Of a stretch of DNA of 64,000 bases, positions 45,577-63,420 are shown piece after piece. Source of the stretch: Yuukianura sp. NJ FZ-2021 (Eukaryota); contig CM102283.1 in NCBI GenBank assembly GCA_046563655.1, positions 7,812,001-7,876,000 of the forward strand. The letters are read 5' to 3'. The notes under the pieces are model-generated. The model was not told the DNA's origin and searched no databases. It worked only from the letters and a program-made list of their open reading frames with translations. Positions within the stretch are counted from its first letter, which is position 1. Each line of letters opens with the position of its first letter. The position numbers were made by a program, and so were the translations under genes.

Positions 45577-46558
45577 CTAAAAAAAGTGGAAAAAATTAAA
45601 TCAGTGACATGTTGTTACTCTCACACTCTCCAAAATTTTCGAATTGTTACAATTGTATAAACCGCTCGCTCCAACTATTCAAGATTTACCATTGTTATAC
45701 TTCGATTGTTCGCAAGCAAGACAGAACGTTCAATTCAACTGTACTGTAACGTCACTTGACATCAATAACGTTCGACTCGTTTGTTTATTCAAAGAAGAGC
45801 AGAAAATGGATTTACTCTTCGAAGGTGGTTACGCTTCGCACTTTGTTCTAAAACCTTCAAAAACCGAGTGCATCCGATGCAACTACTTGGCGAACATACG
45901 CTAAAGACTGCTTTTTACTATGTGCTAAATGCCAAACGAAGCCTGATAGAGCTTGGACTGAAAGCTTTTTTTAGAGAATGTAAACAGAGAACTCCTATTC
46001 GGGACGACCTTCAATGGTCCAGAGTCCAGATCAATGTTCAGTCTGGACTGAAGTGACTTGGGAAAGCCTTATCTTCTTATCTGGAAGCTTTCACTTCCAT
46101 CCTGGTTTAGATCCATCAACAATCGAAACAAAAAACTTTCCCTCGTCAAAAAAACATTCCCACCAATATTTTTTTTTAACTTTTAAAATGCTATTTCCGG
46201 AAAAAGAATTACCAAAAACTGAACAAAGTCCCGGAAAAATTGTGAATGAAGGTTTGGATTTGGGAGTATAGTGCAGTACAGGTTTAAACCCGCTGGTGTT
46301 AAAAGCTGTCCATACAGTTGTCGTTTCCAGTACAATGTTGAAGTGACAGTCATTAACTGTGCAGTAAATAGTGCGTTGATCATGGTACGCACTAATTCAT
46401 GAAACTTAAATTCTTGTTCTGCATATAAGCTTCAATCCCAGAACAAAATTTCTCCAGTTGCACTTAGTATTAGGTGAACTGACAGACTGGTTTTCGAATT
46501 ATCTTTGGAAATTGACTTTTATAAAAACAATAATTTTAAAAAGTTTTCAAGCTACAGA

Positions 46559-47054
46559 ATGAATTTTCTAACAATTTTTGGAATTTTGGGAGTATTCGCA
46601 GTATCTAGTATTCAGAGCATCCGGATGCAAAAAGATATCGATATTTGGAATGGTCTTGGTGAGAATTTGAATTACTTTAAAAAGTTTACACAGTCAAGCT
46701 AAAGAGCTAATCTCTCATAAAAATTATTCAATTCCAGATGGAAGCGAAATCTACATCTTCCGCAGTATGTGCCATTTTAGTATTCTTTTGAAAACTAAAA
46801 ATTATTCAAGTAACTGAATTTGTACAGGAAATGCGATCCCACCCCATGTTCCCCCTCCTGGTCACACTTTGGCGTCTGACCTCGTGAAGAACGTTGTTCA
46901 AGGAACTTTTAACCACATCATTAACGGGCAGCACTCAGGACAAGGTCATGGTGAACCAGGTCAACCGCCAATGCCAATTAATGGGAAAGGACCAGCACCG
47001 GCAACTTTGAAACCAAATGGCGGAGACTCCGTTGGTGCAGCAGCCGCATCTTAA
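46559..47054 (+). CDS. Small secreted Pro/Gly/His-rich orphan protein; exons 46559-46658, 46738-46764, 46828-47054
   Basis: Signal peptide MNFLTIFGILGVFAVSSIQS; two phase-1 GT-AG introns join in frame to ..PPHVPPPGH..GQGHGEPGQPP..AAAAS*. Confidence 0.75.
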
Positions 47055-47616
47055 ACTAAAAATTATGAACGTTTCAAAAATTCTAATTGAAGAAAAACAT
47101 CATTTATGCAACAAACCATACATGATGAAATAAAAACGAAGATGTCACATAAAATCTTGGAAGTATTTCAGAAAACGAATCAAACTATTAGCAATACGAA
47201 CATCTATTTTAAGTAAATGAAAGAAAAATATGTTGGCTGTGGCAATTTTTGAAAACGAATGGCTTCTCAACAACCAAAACTTTAAAAAAATCGTTCATGT
47301 TTTCATGACGTGAGTCAAGTCTAGCAATAAAAGTGTTTAAATCTGATGAATTGCATGAATTGGTTTGAATGAGACAACGTTAATTCAATATTATATTTAG
47401 ACCGCTGATTAGTTAACGTTTCTAATTCAAAACTCCTAATTGCCCAGCACATTTTCGTTAATTCGTAATTATCGTGCTTGTGCTAGTTGATTGCAGCAAT
47501 TTCTGCTAATGCATAGTCGTTATATTTCAATTGGAAATTGATAAGTGACCATCCTTAAGCGACGGTGCACTTTAGGTTACGCAATCTGGAATTGTCCATG
47601 AAGGAATTGACCCTGA

Positions 47617-47678
47617 CCAATGTTAGTATAAATTACCTGAATTGTGCTGGATGGAAATTCATTCTAAGCAGTTCAGTC
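47617..47678 (+). promoter_or_regulatory. Core promoter of the repeat-precursor gene (CCAAT, TATAAA, Inr-like)
   Basis: CCAAT at 47617, TATAAA at 47627, TCATTC at 47659 and TCAGTC at 47673, with ATG at 47691. Confidence 0.5.
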
Positions 47679-47690
47679 AACACAGTCATC

Positions 47691-50140
47691 ATGAAGGTAG
47701 TCCTTGCCATCATCCTTTGTGTCACCCTTAGTGACGCTTTCAAGCTTCCTGCAGCTCCAGCCATTTCAAATCAAGTAACCAGAACAAAATTTTAAACAAA
47801 ATATCTCGTGTTGTAATTTTCTAACAGTGTGCTTCTTACGTAGGAATCTAAAGTGAATGCTGGTCAAGATGCCACTGGAATTTCTCACGGAGCTGCATCT
47901 TCATTGGGTATGATTTCCGAACAATAAAGTTGAACTCAAATTGCTGAAACTGATTTATAAACAACTCTTAATTACACAGGAGGTGCTGGAGGAGCCATCT
48001 CTAACCAAAAATCAGGTTTGGAAAAAATTAAAACCCAGGTTATTTTTTGAAACCAATTTCAAAATTTTTTGTACAACTTACTTTTCGTTTTCATCAGGCA
48101 CTAAAGTTGGAGCCGGTGGAATTGGCGTTGCCGATGGTGAAAGTCGTGCCAAAGTCGTTCCAGATCAAGTCGGAGGAATGTTGAACAAGTATGGCGTTGG
48201 TAAGGGTCGTCCCGGAGGCGTGGCAGTTTCTAACCAGGAATCCAAAGTTCTTGTAGGAGAGGGAGGCACTGGTAATTTCAAAACAAACATGTTGAATAAA
48301 CTTCAAAATAAAACTAATACTTCGCTCACCGTTGATTGTTTTTGGTTTGACAGGTATTAGTAACGGCGTTTCCACTGCAGAAGGTATGCAGCAGCAACCT
48401 GCAACAGAGAGAAAGAAAAACGTGTCAATTTTATTTTGAAAAAAAAAATTATAGGTCAAAATGGAGCCATCGCCAACCAGAAGAGTGTTGCCCTCGGAAA
48501 AGCTGGTATAAAGCGATTTTATAAAACAAATTTTCTTTTGAGGTTTAAAATAAACTTTAACATTTTCAAATGTTAAAAATTTTAGGAGCTACAGTTGTCT
48601 CTGAGGGACAAGCCTCCTCATCCACCATTGGTAATCTTAAAATGTGAAAAATTCCATCACTTTCGGCTTCAATGGTACAAGTTGCACGTGGATTTCTAAA
48701 ATTTATTGAATTTTTACAGCGAAGAGAAGCACGGAAATTACCGGCAATGGCACTTACACTCCCCCCGGAGGAGTTCGAGGTAATTTGACAGAATAATGTT
48801 AATGAACAGAAAACGTTGTCAATGTGGGTATGTTTAAAAATTAGTGGCAAAGAACGTGCGTCATCATAAGCATGGTAGTGGAGCAGCAGTTTCAAATCAG
48901 GAGGTATACGCATGAAATCGTCATTTCAAGTTATGTTTAATTCCTGTTCTAACTACTGACAAACATCATTTCATTTTAGAGCATCGTGAAAGGAGGACAT
49001 GGCAGTGATATTACTGGGATTTCTCATGGCGCTGCAACATCACAAGGTTTGACCTTTGACCTATCATTTGCAAAACTGTTATAAATTTAGTGACAAAGAG
49101 TTTTGCATTTCAGGAGGAAGCGGTGGAGCCGTGGCTAACCAAAAGTCAGTTGCAACTGCCGATGGACCTAGAAATACTTTGGTATAAACCTTTTTAATCC
49201 ATGAAAGTATTTTTTCGAAATTTAAAATTTTAATGTATGTTAAAAATTTAGGTATCTGACGGAGTTGCATCTGCATCAAGTGAGTTCAAATTACTGTAAA
49301 ACTTTTCCATTTTTACTTCTGTACGAACTAATTTTCCAAAAACTTTTCTTTGTAGCTGTTCGGGACGACAGAGGTAAAGTATCGAAAACTGTTAAATAAA
49401 CTTCAACTTACGTGAACAAAATATTACATTTTTTCAATTTCGTTTCAGAGGCTCGATTCCTTGGACACAGGACACACGGTGGCCCAGCCATAGCCAACCA
49501 AAACTCGATTGCAGAGACAAGCGGTTTTGGCAGCTCTGCAGATGCTACTGGATTGGCCCAAGCTAAAAGCAATGGCTAGTTAAAAAACAACATAGAAATC
49601 AATTAATTTGAAACACAGTTTTTTTATACGTAAAATAAAGGTGGACTTGCTCATGCCAGTCAAAACAGTGTCGCCACTGCCCGTGGACCAGGCAGCTCAG
49701 CATCTTCATCCGGTTCAGCCTTTGCCAGCTCCGATTGTAAGGCCCCTAGAAATTGAAAATAAAATTTAACAAAAAATTATTTAAAATTACTTATTTCAAA
49801 ATTATTTCAATTTGCAGACAAGCGTGATGTGGCAGCCGTGAGCGCTGATACAAAGTCCACCAGCGACGTTATCTCGGATGCTATTGCCAAAACTACAAGT
49901 GACGCTGCAAAGAAAATCATTAAGGACCCAAGTGCCCTTATTGCCTCCTCCAATGTGACTACCACTAACCGTAAGCTAATAAAAAGTTTATCACTTGCAA
50001 TTATAATATATATTTACATTTAAATAATGAAACTATTAGCTGCGCTCTTCATTTTCAGACTAACTGCAGAAACAGAAACGGAAATCACAAATGAAACAGA
50101 AGTTAACAACAACTTCGCCCAATACATTGGAATTTTATAG
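47691..50140 (+). CDS. Secreted Gly/Ala/Ser-rich internal-repeat precursor, 17 small exons: 47691-47774, 47844-47907, 47980-48015, 48098-48271, 48354-48383, 48455-48505, 48586-48630, 48720-48779, 48845-48903, 48980-49046, 49114-49181, 49252-49279, 49356-49373, 49449-49574, 49641-49736, 49818-49970, last exon (acceptor ambiguous) to 50140
   Basis: Signal peptide MKVVLAIILCVTLSDA. Exons join in phase and give eight copies of an A(I/V)(S/A)NQ(E/K/N)S-type motif, the last degenerate (AHASQNS). One donor is non-canonical (GC at 49575). Confidence 0.82.
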
Positions 50141-50224
50141 AACAAATTGAATTGATTCGGAAAATTAAAAAAATGCAATTTCATCAAAAAAAAACTTTTT
50201 CTAATGTTGTCACCTTCTTTAATT

Positions 50225-51530
50225 TTAAACGTCTTGAAATCCAATAGTATCTTTGCGTCGCCCAGGATTTCTCATGTAGTAAATCTCCTGAAATTTCAAA
50301 AGCAAATCAGAATTTGGCAGAATGCTAATTAAGAGTTAGTTAGCTAATACGATTTGTCTTACGTGAATGACAGCACAAGCAAGCAGAAGTGCTTTGGCGA
50401 CTGGGTCAATGTTAACGTAGTTTTCTGCCAGTGACAAGGCGAAGTTGACTGGTCCTTTGGCAAATTCAAAATCCAGATTGCGGCAGTTACTGATTTTGGC
50501 AATCAAAGATTTTTCAACTGGATCATCCGAAATGACTTCCAGCCCAGAATTGAAATTAGGATGGCCCATGAGGGTGGGTCTCCTTGTAAAGGCTCTGAAC
50601 GTGTCTTCGCGTCCCGTGACCTTGACTTTGTGGTTCATTCCAGGTGATGGACGATTGAGATATTCGTAACACTGTGCCTTAGGATGCTCCGTAACGATTT
50701 CTCCCATCTTGTAATCAAACACAGTTGCACTGATGATATGTTTCTGAAAAAATTCGACAAAATTTTTTGAAGTTAACGTATGAAGAAAGAAATTGCGTTG
50801 AAGAAAAACCTTGGTTTCACAATTTGAACACGGAAATACTGGAGCGGATCCAATGCAACCTTCGAAGGTCATGCACGTCATTCCGTTCGGTCCCACCAGC
50901 GCATAGTGAAAGTAACGCTTGGAAGCAAATCCTAAATTTTGAAATTACTAAGTTTTTACCAAATTAAAAGTGAAATCTTCGATTCTGTGTATATACTTGG
51001 TGCTTGGTTGACCATGACGTAAATACGTTTTCCACTGGCCAAGATAATGTTGAAGGTAGGTCGCCGTTCATCTAGGATTTAAAAGTTAATTAACTAAAAT
51101 AATTATCAGTTAGAAGCTTTGCATTTAAAAATGCCTACAATGTCACCTTTCAAATCATACTCGACAAGGCCACGCTGAATTTCTTGGAAGAAGAAGTTCT
51201 TCTCGCTGCACAAGGCTTCCAAACCCTGAGGAATTGCTGGAAGTAGTTCAAAATCACGATTATTTTTAAAGATTTTCCCAACAACTACTGAACTTTGTAA
51301 ATTTTTTGTTCATGCATAACCTGTAATTGACTTTCCCAGGATTGAATCGTCCTTTGAAGCATCACTGTCATTGTTGTTACTTTGCTGAATGTTTTGGTTG
51401 GGCGAATTATTATTCTCTGGCTCTGCGTTGAATTTGCAACAAATTTAACAATAGAATTTAAAAATTTGAAGAAACTAAAGAACATGAGCATTCTAAATAA
51501 TTTGAACAGAAGCTTACCGACGGCCGACAT
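50225..51530 (-). CDS. Divergent phospholipid scramblase/Tubby-C-like protein, multi-exon
   Basis: Spliced model MSAV|EPENNN..|AIPQGLEAL.. resembles scramblase PPGLEYL. C-terminal DPVAKALLLACAVIH|EIYY resembles the scramblase terminal helix. Stop at 50225. Confidence 0.55.
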
Positions 51531-52156
51531 AGTGCTTTAAGTAAAGATGGATCACGCTGTCCAAAGTCGTGACGATTGATCCTCACATATTTGATTGTTT
51601 GTTGTGGACCTCCCTAAAACTTTTTATGCATAACATGTTTTTGGATGTTAACGCGTTGTCAATAGCAACCTATCCTGTACAAGGCTTGACAAGGAAAAAT
51701 TGAGAATGCAGTATTGCATGCTGAACAAGAACATAAAACTGTCACAAGCCTGATTATATAAAACATTTACAATTACAACAAAATTACAACAAATTACGAG
51801 CCAGAATTCATAATAGAATGCTCCAATTCTTAATGCAGAACCAATTTGTTAGGAATTCATTCCGACCAAGTTGGTTGATTGAGTAATACTAATTACCAAA
51901 ACACAAAATATCCATCTACTTAAGTTGCATCTGGAGATTAGCAATACTAATCGTCAGGGTTACATTCGCTACAGGTTACATTCTAGGCATTAGTTAGCAA
52001 TTTACCTGACTGGAAGTACCGTTTGTTGTCATTTTCTTCTGTTTTGTTTAAATTATGTTTAAATTTTGAACTCAAAACACAAATTTACAGTTACGCCAAT
52101 TACTCAAACTGATTCGAAATTCTAATTGCGAGTCTATGAGCTAAAGCTTCTTTGTA

Positions 52157-55100
52157 ATGCGACTCCCTGAGTTCAGTATTTTCGCAGGACTTTGGATAGC
52201 ATTAGGCACTCTACAACACAGCCGAAACATGAACCCATCTCCGTACATTTTCGAGACAAAGAAGTAAAGCTTTCTAAAAAAAACTTCCCTATTAACTTTA
52301 ATAACTTTAAGAATAAAATTGAAAATAACTTAATAATCTTGTTTTATACGTTTTAGACTACCTTCGCACAACAGGAATATGGCGTCGGTTGGAAACGGTC
52401 ACGTGGCTACTGTCATATTCAACGACACTGTGTACATGAATGGACTTTACAATGGATTCAAAGGAGAAAGTCACCGTGCTAGAATTCCGTCACGGAACAA
52501 CATTCGAGTGTACGCTGAAACTGCTGCGGAAGTATCCAACCACACTTTTACTCTAAACGTACACAAAGGAGTTTTTACTGAAAAATTTAGTACTCCGACG
52601 CATCAAGTCCGACTCCACACCTTTGCTCATCGCTACTTCCACAAAATATTGGTCACTCAAGTTCATGTAACTCGCACTTCTGCTGAAGCAAGTAAGTTCA
52701 TGCCAATACCAATTGATCTTAAATTTTTAGTTATTTAATTAATTAATTCCTATCAATCACTTTAGAATCTTTAACTCTGACGGTAACTAGTGATCCAGGG
52801 GAACCCAGCAGTGACATTACTTTTGACCAGGAGGAAACGTTGTACATGACGCAATACGCCAGCTTCAATAAAAATTTTACAACAGAAGCCATCGTCACTT
52901 GTGGTCACACCAATATCATCGAAAATCCGGAATATCAAAAAACAACTTCCACGGTTTGCGTCGCCGCTACAAAGGTTGTCAATTCTACCTTCAAATTTTT
53001 TGAAAAAAGTTAATGCAATTCCAAGACACGCTACTAAATATAAGGAAATTTTAAAGTAAAATAAAAACGTTTTTTTTAATTTTAGCCACCGAGGTCGTTA
53101 ATTATCGATTCACACGTCGAAGAAGCCTGGTACACATTTTTCTCTGCTTACGACACCACTAAGGCCGGTGCCCTAGAAGATTTCTATGCCGGTAACGTTA
53201 ACTAAGGATTGATTTTTCAAAAGTTTTTAAAAAAATGTTTTGTGTTTCTAGTTGCCAAAATACTAGAAACTGTAGGAGGTCACCAGGATTTGTACAATTC
53301 CCATACATCAGCATGGGAAGCTATCTGGGACGACGGTAGGATTGAAATTGACGGAAATTTGGAACTGGCCAAAACTGTCAACGCTGCTTTCTACTACATC
53401 ATCAGTTCGTTACCAATTATAACCGAAACGCACAGTCCAATCAGTCCCTACTACGGTCTAAGTCCCAGTGGTTTAAGTCGTGGAGCTAAACTTAAAGACT
53501 ACCAAGGCCATAGCTTCTGGGACACTGAAATATGGATATTCCCGGTTATTTTAAATTTCTACCCAGCAAAAGCCCGGGAATTACTGCAGTACCGTGTAAA
53601 CAACTTCAAAGTGGCCAAGGATCATGCAAGAGAAACTGGCTGGGAAGGAGCTCGGTTCCCCTGGGAAAGTGCTTTTACTGGAAGTGAAGTCACGCCGGAG
53701 TGTTGTCCAGCACAAAGTGGCCTTCAAATTCATGTCACCGGCGACATTAGTTTTGCCATAAAACAGTATTTTACTGCTACGCTTGACATTGATTGGCTAA
53801 CAAACCAAGGTCAAAAAGTTTTGAACACAACCGAGGCCACAAACCCGTGCAATCTAGTTAGAGCGATTGCCGAATTTTGGGTTTCGCGCGGAACGTTCAA
53901 TGTCCGTTCGAAAAAGTACGACATTAATGGTAAAACGGACATTTTTCAAATTTGTTAACAGTATTGTTAAAAACTGTTGCAAGCATTAAGTTAACATTAC
54001 TTTTTAATATCATCGTAGGCGTAATGCCACCCGATGAAGACAATTATCCAGTGAACAATTCCGTTTACACCAACATCGTTGCTGCGAATTCCATTTTCTT
54101 TGCAAAGTAAAATTTTGCTTTGCTGCATAAAAATTTACGCTTCACAAGTTTATAAATGTGGTAAAAATTTAATTGTGCTAAACGTAATCCTGGAAATGTT
54201 TAGGTACTTGGAGAATTATTGCCTGGACAAAATGGAGCCAATACCGGAAGAGTGGTTAGAATATGCAAAGTCATTGACAATTCCATTTGACGCTACACTA
54301 AACTACCACCCAGAGTACGATGGCTACAACATTGGAACACAAATTAAGCAAGCGGATGTAGTTCTCATAGGGTATCCACTACTACACCAAATGAACGAAT
54401 CTACAAGGCGGAACGATTTAAAAATTTATCAAAATGTGACACGAAGTACAGGCCCAGCGATGACATGGGCGTGAGTACACTTCGAACAAAATCACACGAA
54501 ATTTTCAAAAATCTAGAACAAATTCTAAACTAAATTGGCTTAACATTGAACAGAATGCATACCATTGGCCATCTAGAAATTAACGAAACTGCGGAAGCTG
54601 AAACTTTGTTTCGTAGAAGCTATAAACCATATTTGCGAAAACCGTTTTACGTAACACTCAGAAATTAGCTGCCCATTTTCAAGATTCAAAATTAGACATA
54701 TTTTGTATCGTTTTTTTTTTAAACATTTTTTAAGACTTGGACAGAATCCCCACCACCAAAGTACGGTGCAAATAATTTCCTGACTGGAATGGGAGGATTT
54801 CTGCAAGCAATCATCAACGGCTACGCTGGCCTACGACTCTACCATGACAAATTGGTATTCACAAACCCCAAAGTCCCCCCGCAGTCAAAAAAGCTTAAAC
54901 TCATTGGTAAAAATAAACCTAGCAAAAAATTCATAGTATTTAATTTACCCAAAATTTTGAAACTGGTGAAAACTTTGAAAATTTAGGTCTGAAATACTTG
55001 GGCAGTTCACTAAACCTGATCGTGTCAGATACGTACGTAGAAATTTCAACTAACAAAACTAACAGTGAAATTCCGCTTATTCTGGACCTCAATGGAGAAA

Positions 55101-55294
55101 CCTACGCTCTACACGGTACAATGACAAAATCAAAGCAAACTACGAACTAACTAGAAAATTTCATCTATTATTTCCTAATATTGCTAAAATTTGTAGATGG
55201 ATTTGAAATTGTACACAGCATCCAAGGTTCTCTACAAGTAACAATACGGCCCTCAAAGTCTCCACCACCGTTCCCTAGCATGGATAAATTCTAA
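52157..55294 (+). CDS. PGGHG: Protein-glucosylgalactosylhydroxylysine glucosidase / acid trehalase-like (glycoside hydrolase family 65), multi-exon
   Basis: MASVGNGHVAT..SHRARIPS, GLSPSGL..DYQGHSFWDTEIW, GARFPWESA, IHVTGDI, GVMPPDE, IKQADVVLIGYPL, GPAMTW and NFLTGMGGFLQ are all GH65/ATHL1 hallmarks. Confidence 0.92.
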
Positions 55295-55310
55295 CCCTAA
55301 AGTAAAATTT

Positions 55311-57173
55311 TCACTTGGTCTTCTTTTCTGGAGACACAGATTTCGGATTTTTCCGAAATAACCCAACTAACTTTTTGAAAATAAATTTGATCAGTAAGCG
55401 CAACAGTGCAATTATGACTAACAGCACTACTACTATGACCCCAACTACATCCAAGGAATGATACTCAAAAAAATTCAAATCTCGTCCAGCCGAACGCAAG
55501 TGCAGTGCACCTACAAAGTGAAAACAAAGCTTCGAAACAGCTTCTTCGTTTAAAAAAAAGTAATGAAAGTTAAGCTGACCTTTGTGACGAATGATGTACT
55601 CTGTCCAGTACACTGCTCGATCCAGCGGCCTGTCGATTTGGTCTCGAAATATGTTGGATAGCTTTTTAACGTTGGCCATGTAGGACGGTTCGTTGAGCAC
55701 TTTTGAAACTGCCGCCAAAAATGTTTCCTCGGAAAGCTTGATGTAGTCCACAGTTATTCCAATGCCAGCTTCCCCCATCTCCTTCATGTTCATTTCTTGA
55801 TCAGAAAACAACGGAATTCCTACAAGTGGCACGCCATGGTACACAGCTTCAGTAGTACTGGCAAATCCTCCGTGGGTTACAAACAGTCTAGAAAATGGTT
55901 AATCACAATCACAATAATGCCACTGTTCAATTACTTTTACTTTCTACTTTTGTATTTTTATACTGGAAGTACCTGATTTTCGGATGGCCAAGCAGATCTG
56001 GTTGTGGAAGCCATTTGCCCAGTTTCACATTGGCGGGTAAATTCGGAATGGGATCGCCGTTCCACTTCCAAATGACTTGTTGTTTCAATTTTGAAAAAGC
56101 TTTGAGTAGTCCATCAACTTTTTCTTTCGAAATGTCATTGGATTTTAGTGCTGAGCCCATGCTGAACAGAATGAAGCCATCCGAGCCTTTGTTTACGAAG
56201 TCCTCCAAATCCTGGAATTCAAAAAAAAAGTTCAACTTAATCACCTTTAGTCAAAATTTAAGTTTCACATATTTTCAAAATTCTAAAAATTGGTATTACC
56301 TTTGGTATCGGCTTGGCTGGGCGACAGTGCATTCCTCCCACTTCAACAATATCCGGCAGAAATGGTCGTTTGCCGGAAATGCTGAAATGGCTATTGGACA
56401 GCATCAGACTCGTGCTTTTGTAGAACTCCACAATACTTGGCAAGGTTGAATCATTCAAAATTTCACGGGATTGCGCCTCCAGTGCTGGATACGCTTTGAA
56501 GTGCAGCATTCCTCGAACAAACGCTTCGATCAAAAATGTTGTCAATCGCTGCAAGAACGTCATTCGCTGCGGGAATCCCGTGAACATAAATGGATTGAAC
56601 GACGGAGCTAAAAATTAAAAAAATCAATTAACATTTCAAAATTTTGAAACAACTAAATATTGACTTGCGTGAAGGGTTCCCATAATACGACGTAGCGAAT
56701 GGAATTGCAGCAATTGGACTAAAAATGATAATCGGTGCTTTGAAATTGACCATGGCAAATGGCCCTACACACTCGTTGAACACTATTGGAATAATGACGA
56801 GGTCAAAGGTCTCGTTTTTAAGGGCCTTGAAAGCGGGTGACTTAAGTCCCTCCATACAAACCGTGCTGTAGCTCATGAGCATCGGCACTGGCTGAACACT
56901 TTCTCCGCGTTCCTTCATTTCAAAAATGTTCGGAATTTTGAGAACCGTGCTCAGCTCAAACGTCAAAATCTCCGTCATGTTCGGTACATTTTTTCCAAAT
57001 GTCACCGGCGACACTACAGTGACTTGATGTCCCCTGGACGCCAGTTCTTCCAGCAGCGGTTCCAGTGGAATCCGATGACTCTGCGTTGCCATAAGTTGTA
57101 ACGCCAGGATCTTAGCGGCTGATCCATTTTGTACCAGTGTAAGCAGTACCACCACGACACAAAATGTCGCCAT
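55311..57173 (-). CDS. UDP-glycosyltransferase (UGT, GT1), multi-exon
   Basis: Signal peptide, SH catalytic region, LASRGHQVTV, signature WLPQPDLLGHPK..FVTHGG..EAVYHGVPLVGIPLFSDQ, C-terminal TM helix and ER-retrieval tail EKKTK*. Confidence 0.95.
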
Positions 57174-58131
57174 TTTGAAAAAACGGCAATTTAAGCGCGA
57201 AAAATGGAAATTTCTTAAAAGTTCAAATTATGCTTCAGAAATCAGAAGTTTTAGACCAGTCGAGTGCCAGTTCTGAACTCAACTGGACAATCTCAATGAT
57301 AAAAACCCATGACAAACGCATCTTTTGTCTTCATCTTTCCATTGTTCCTCCAAATCAATCTTTGTCCTCAAATTATCTGCCATACAAAAACGCTCATTCT
57401 CTCCTTTCATCCACATGACTTCAGAAAGTCATCAGTCATCTAATCACGCCAAGTCAAATATCTGAAAAAACTGAAAATCTAGAAACTTTGTCCTTGGATT
57501 TTACTCGTTTTTGTTTCAGTAATTAATAAAAAAAACTTAGTTTTACGCAGACTTACTTGTTATGGACGTACAGTTTCGCAACACCTTCAATTTCTTCATC
57601 CAACTTCCAGAATCTTGATTGTCTGGTAGTAGATCCAAGTAGGCGGGCACATTTGAGGCACTTGGTCAAAAATCCACTCACCCATCATCATCATCATCTT
57701 CAAAGATTCGAACACATTATTTAAGTTATCTCTAGACTGTCAATTAACTAAACACGATTAATTGAAAAACACGACACTTAGACACTTACTTAATCCTAAA
57801 CAGTAAAATCTAAAACACTTTTTGAAAAAACACATTGATGTTGATCAGGGGGGAGAACAAGGCACGGCTAAAGACCCTCGTGGTAACAATTACAACTTCC
57901 TTGCTTTTTCCTAACTTAAAACTTAACTATCCTACCTACCTGGTCAATTACTTTTAGACTCACAGTTGAGCTTTAAACTGTTTAGAACAGACATGTCTTA
58001 TACCAAGACAAGGAAGATTTGTTTCTAACTCATAGTATATGAAACTTAAGGTGAAGATGGAGCAGAAATTTCAGATGATGAGCTGTTTAGCAGTAGTTTC
58101 TTGCCGTGGATTCAATCACACTCGGTTGTAG

Positions 58132-63420
<5,289 letters not shown>

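Noticed and set aside
47691-50140. Springtail-type Gly-X-X polyproline-II antifreeze protein or collagen
   Set aside because: Glycine is not at every third residue; the periodicity is that of beta-strand repeats.
55895-56449. 184-aa plus-strand ORF
   Set aside because: Antisense shadow of UGT exons.
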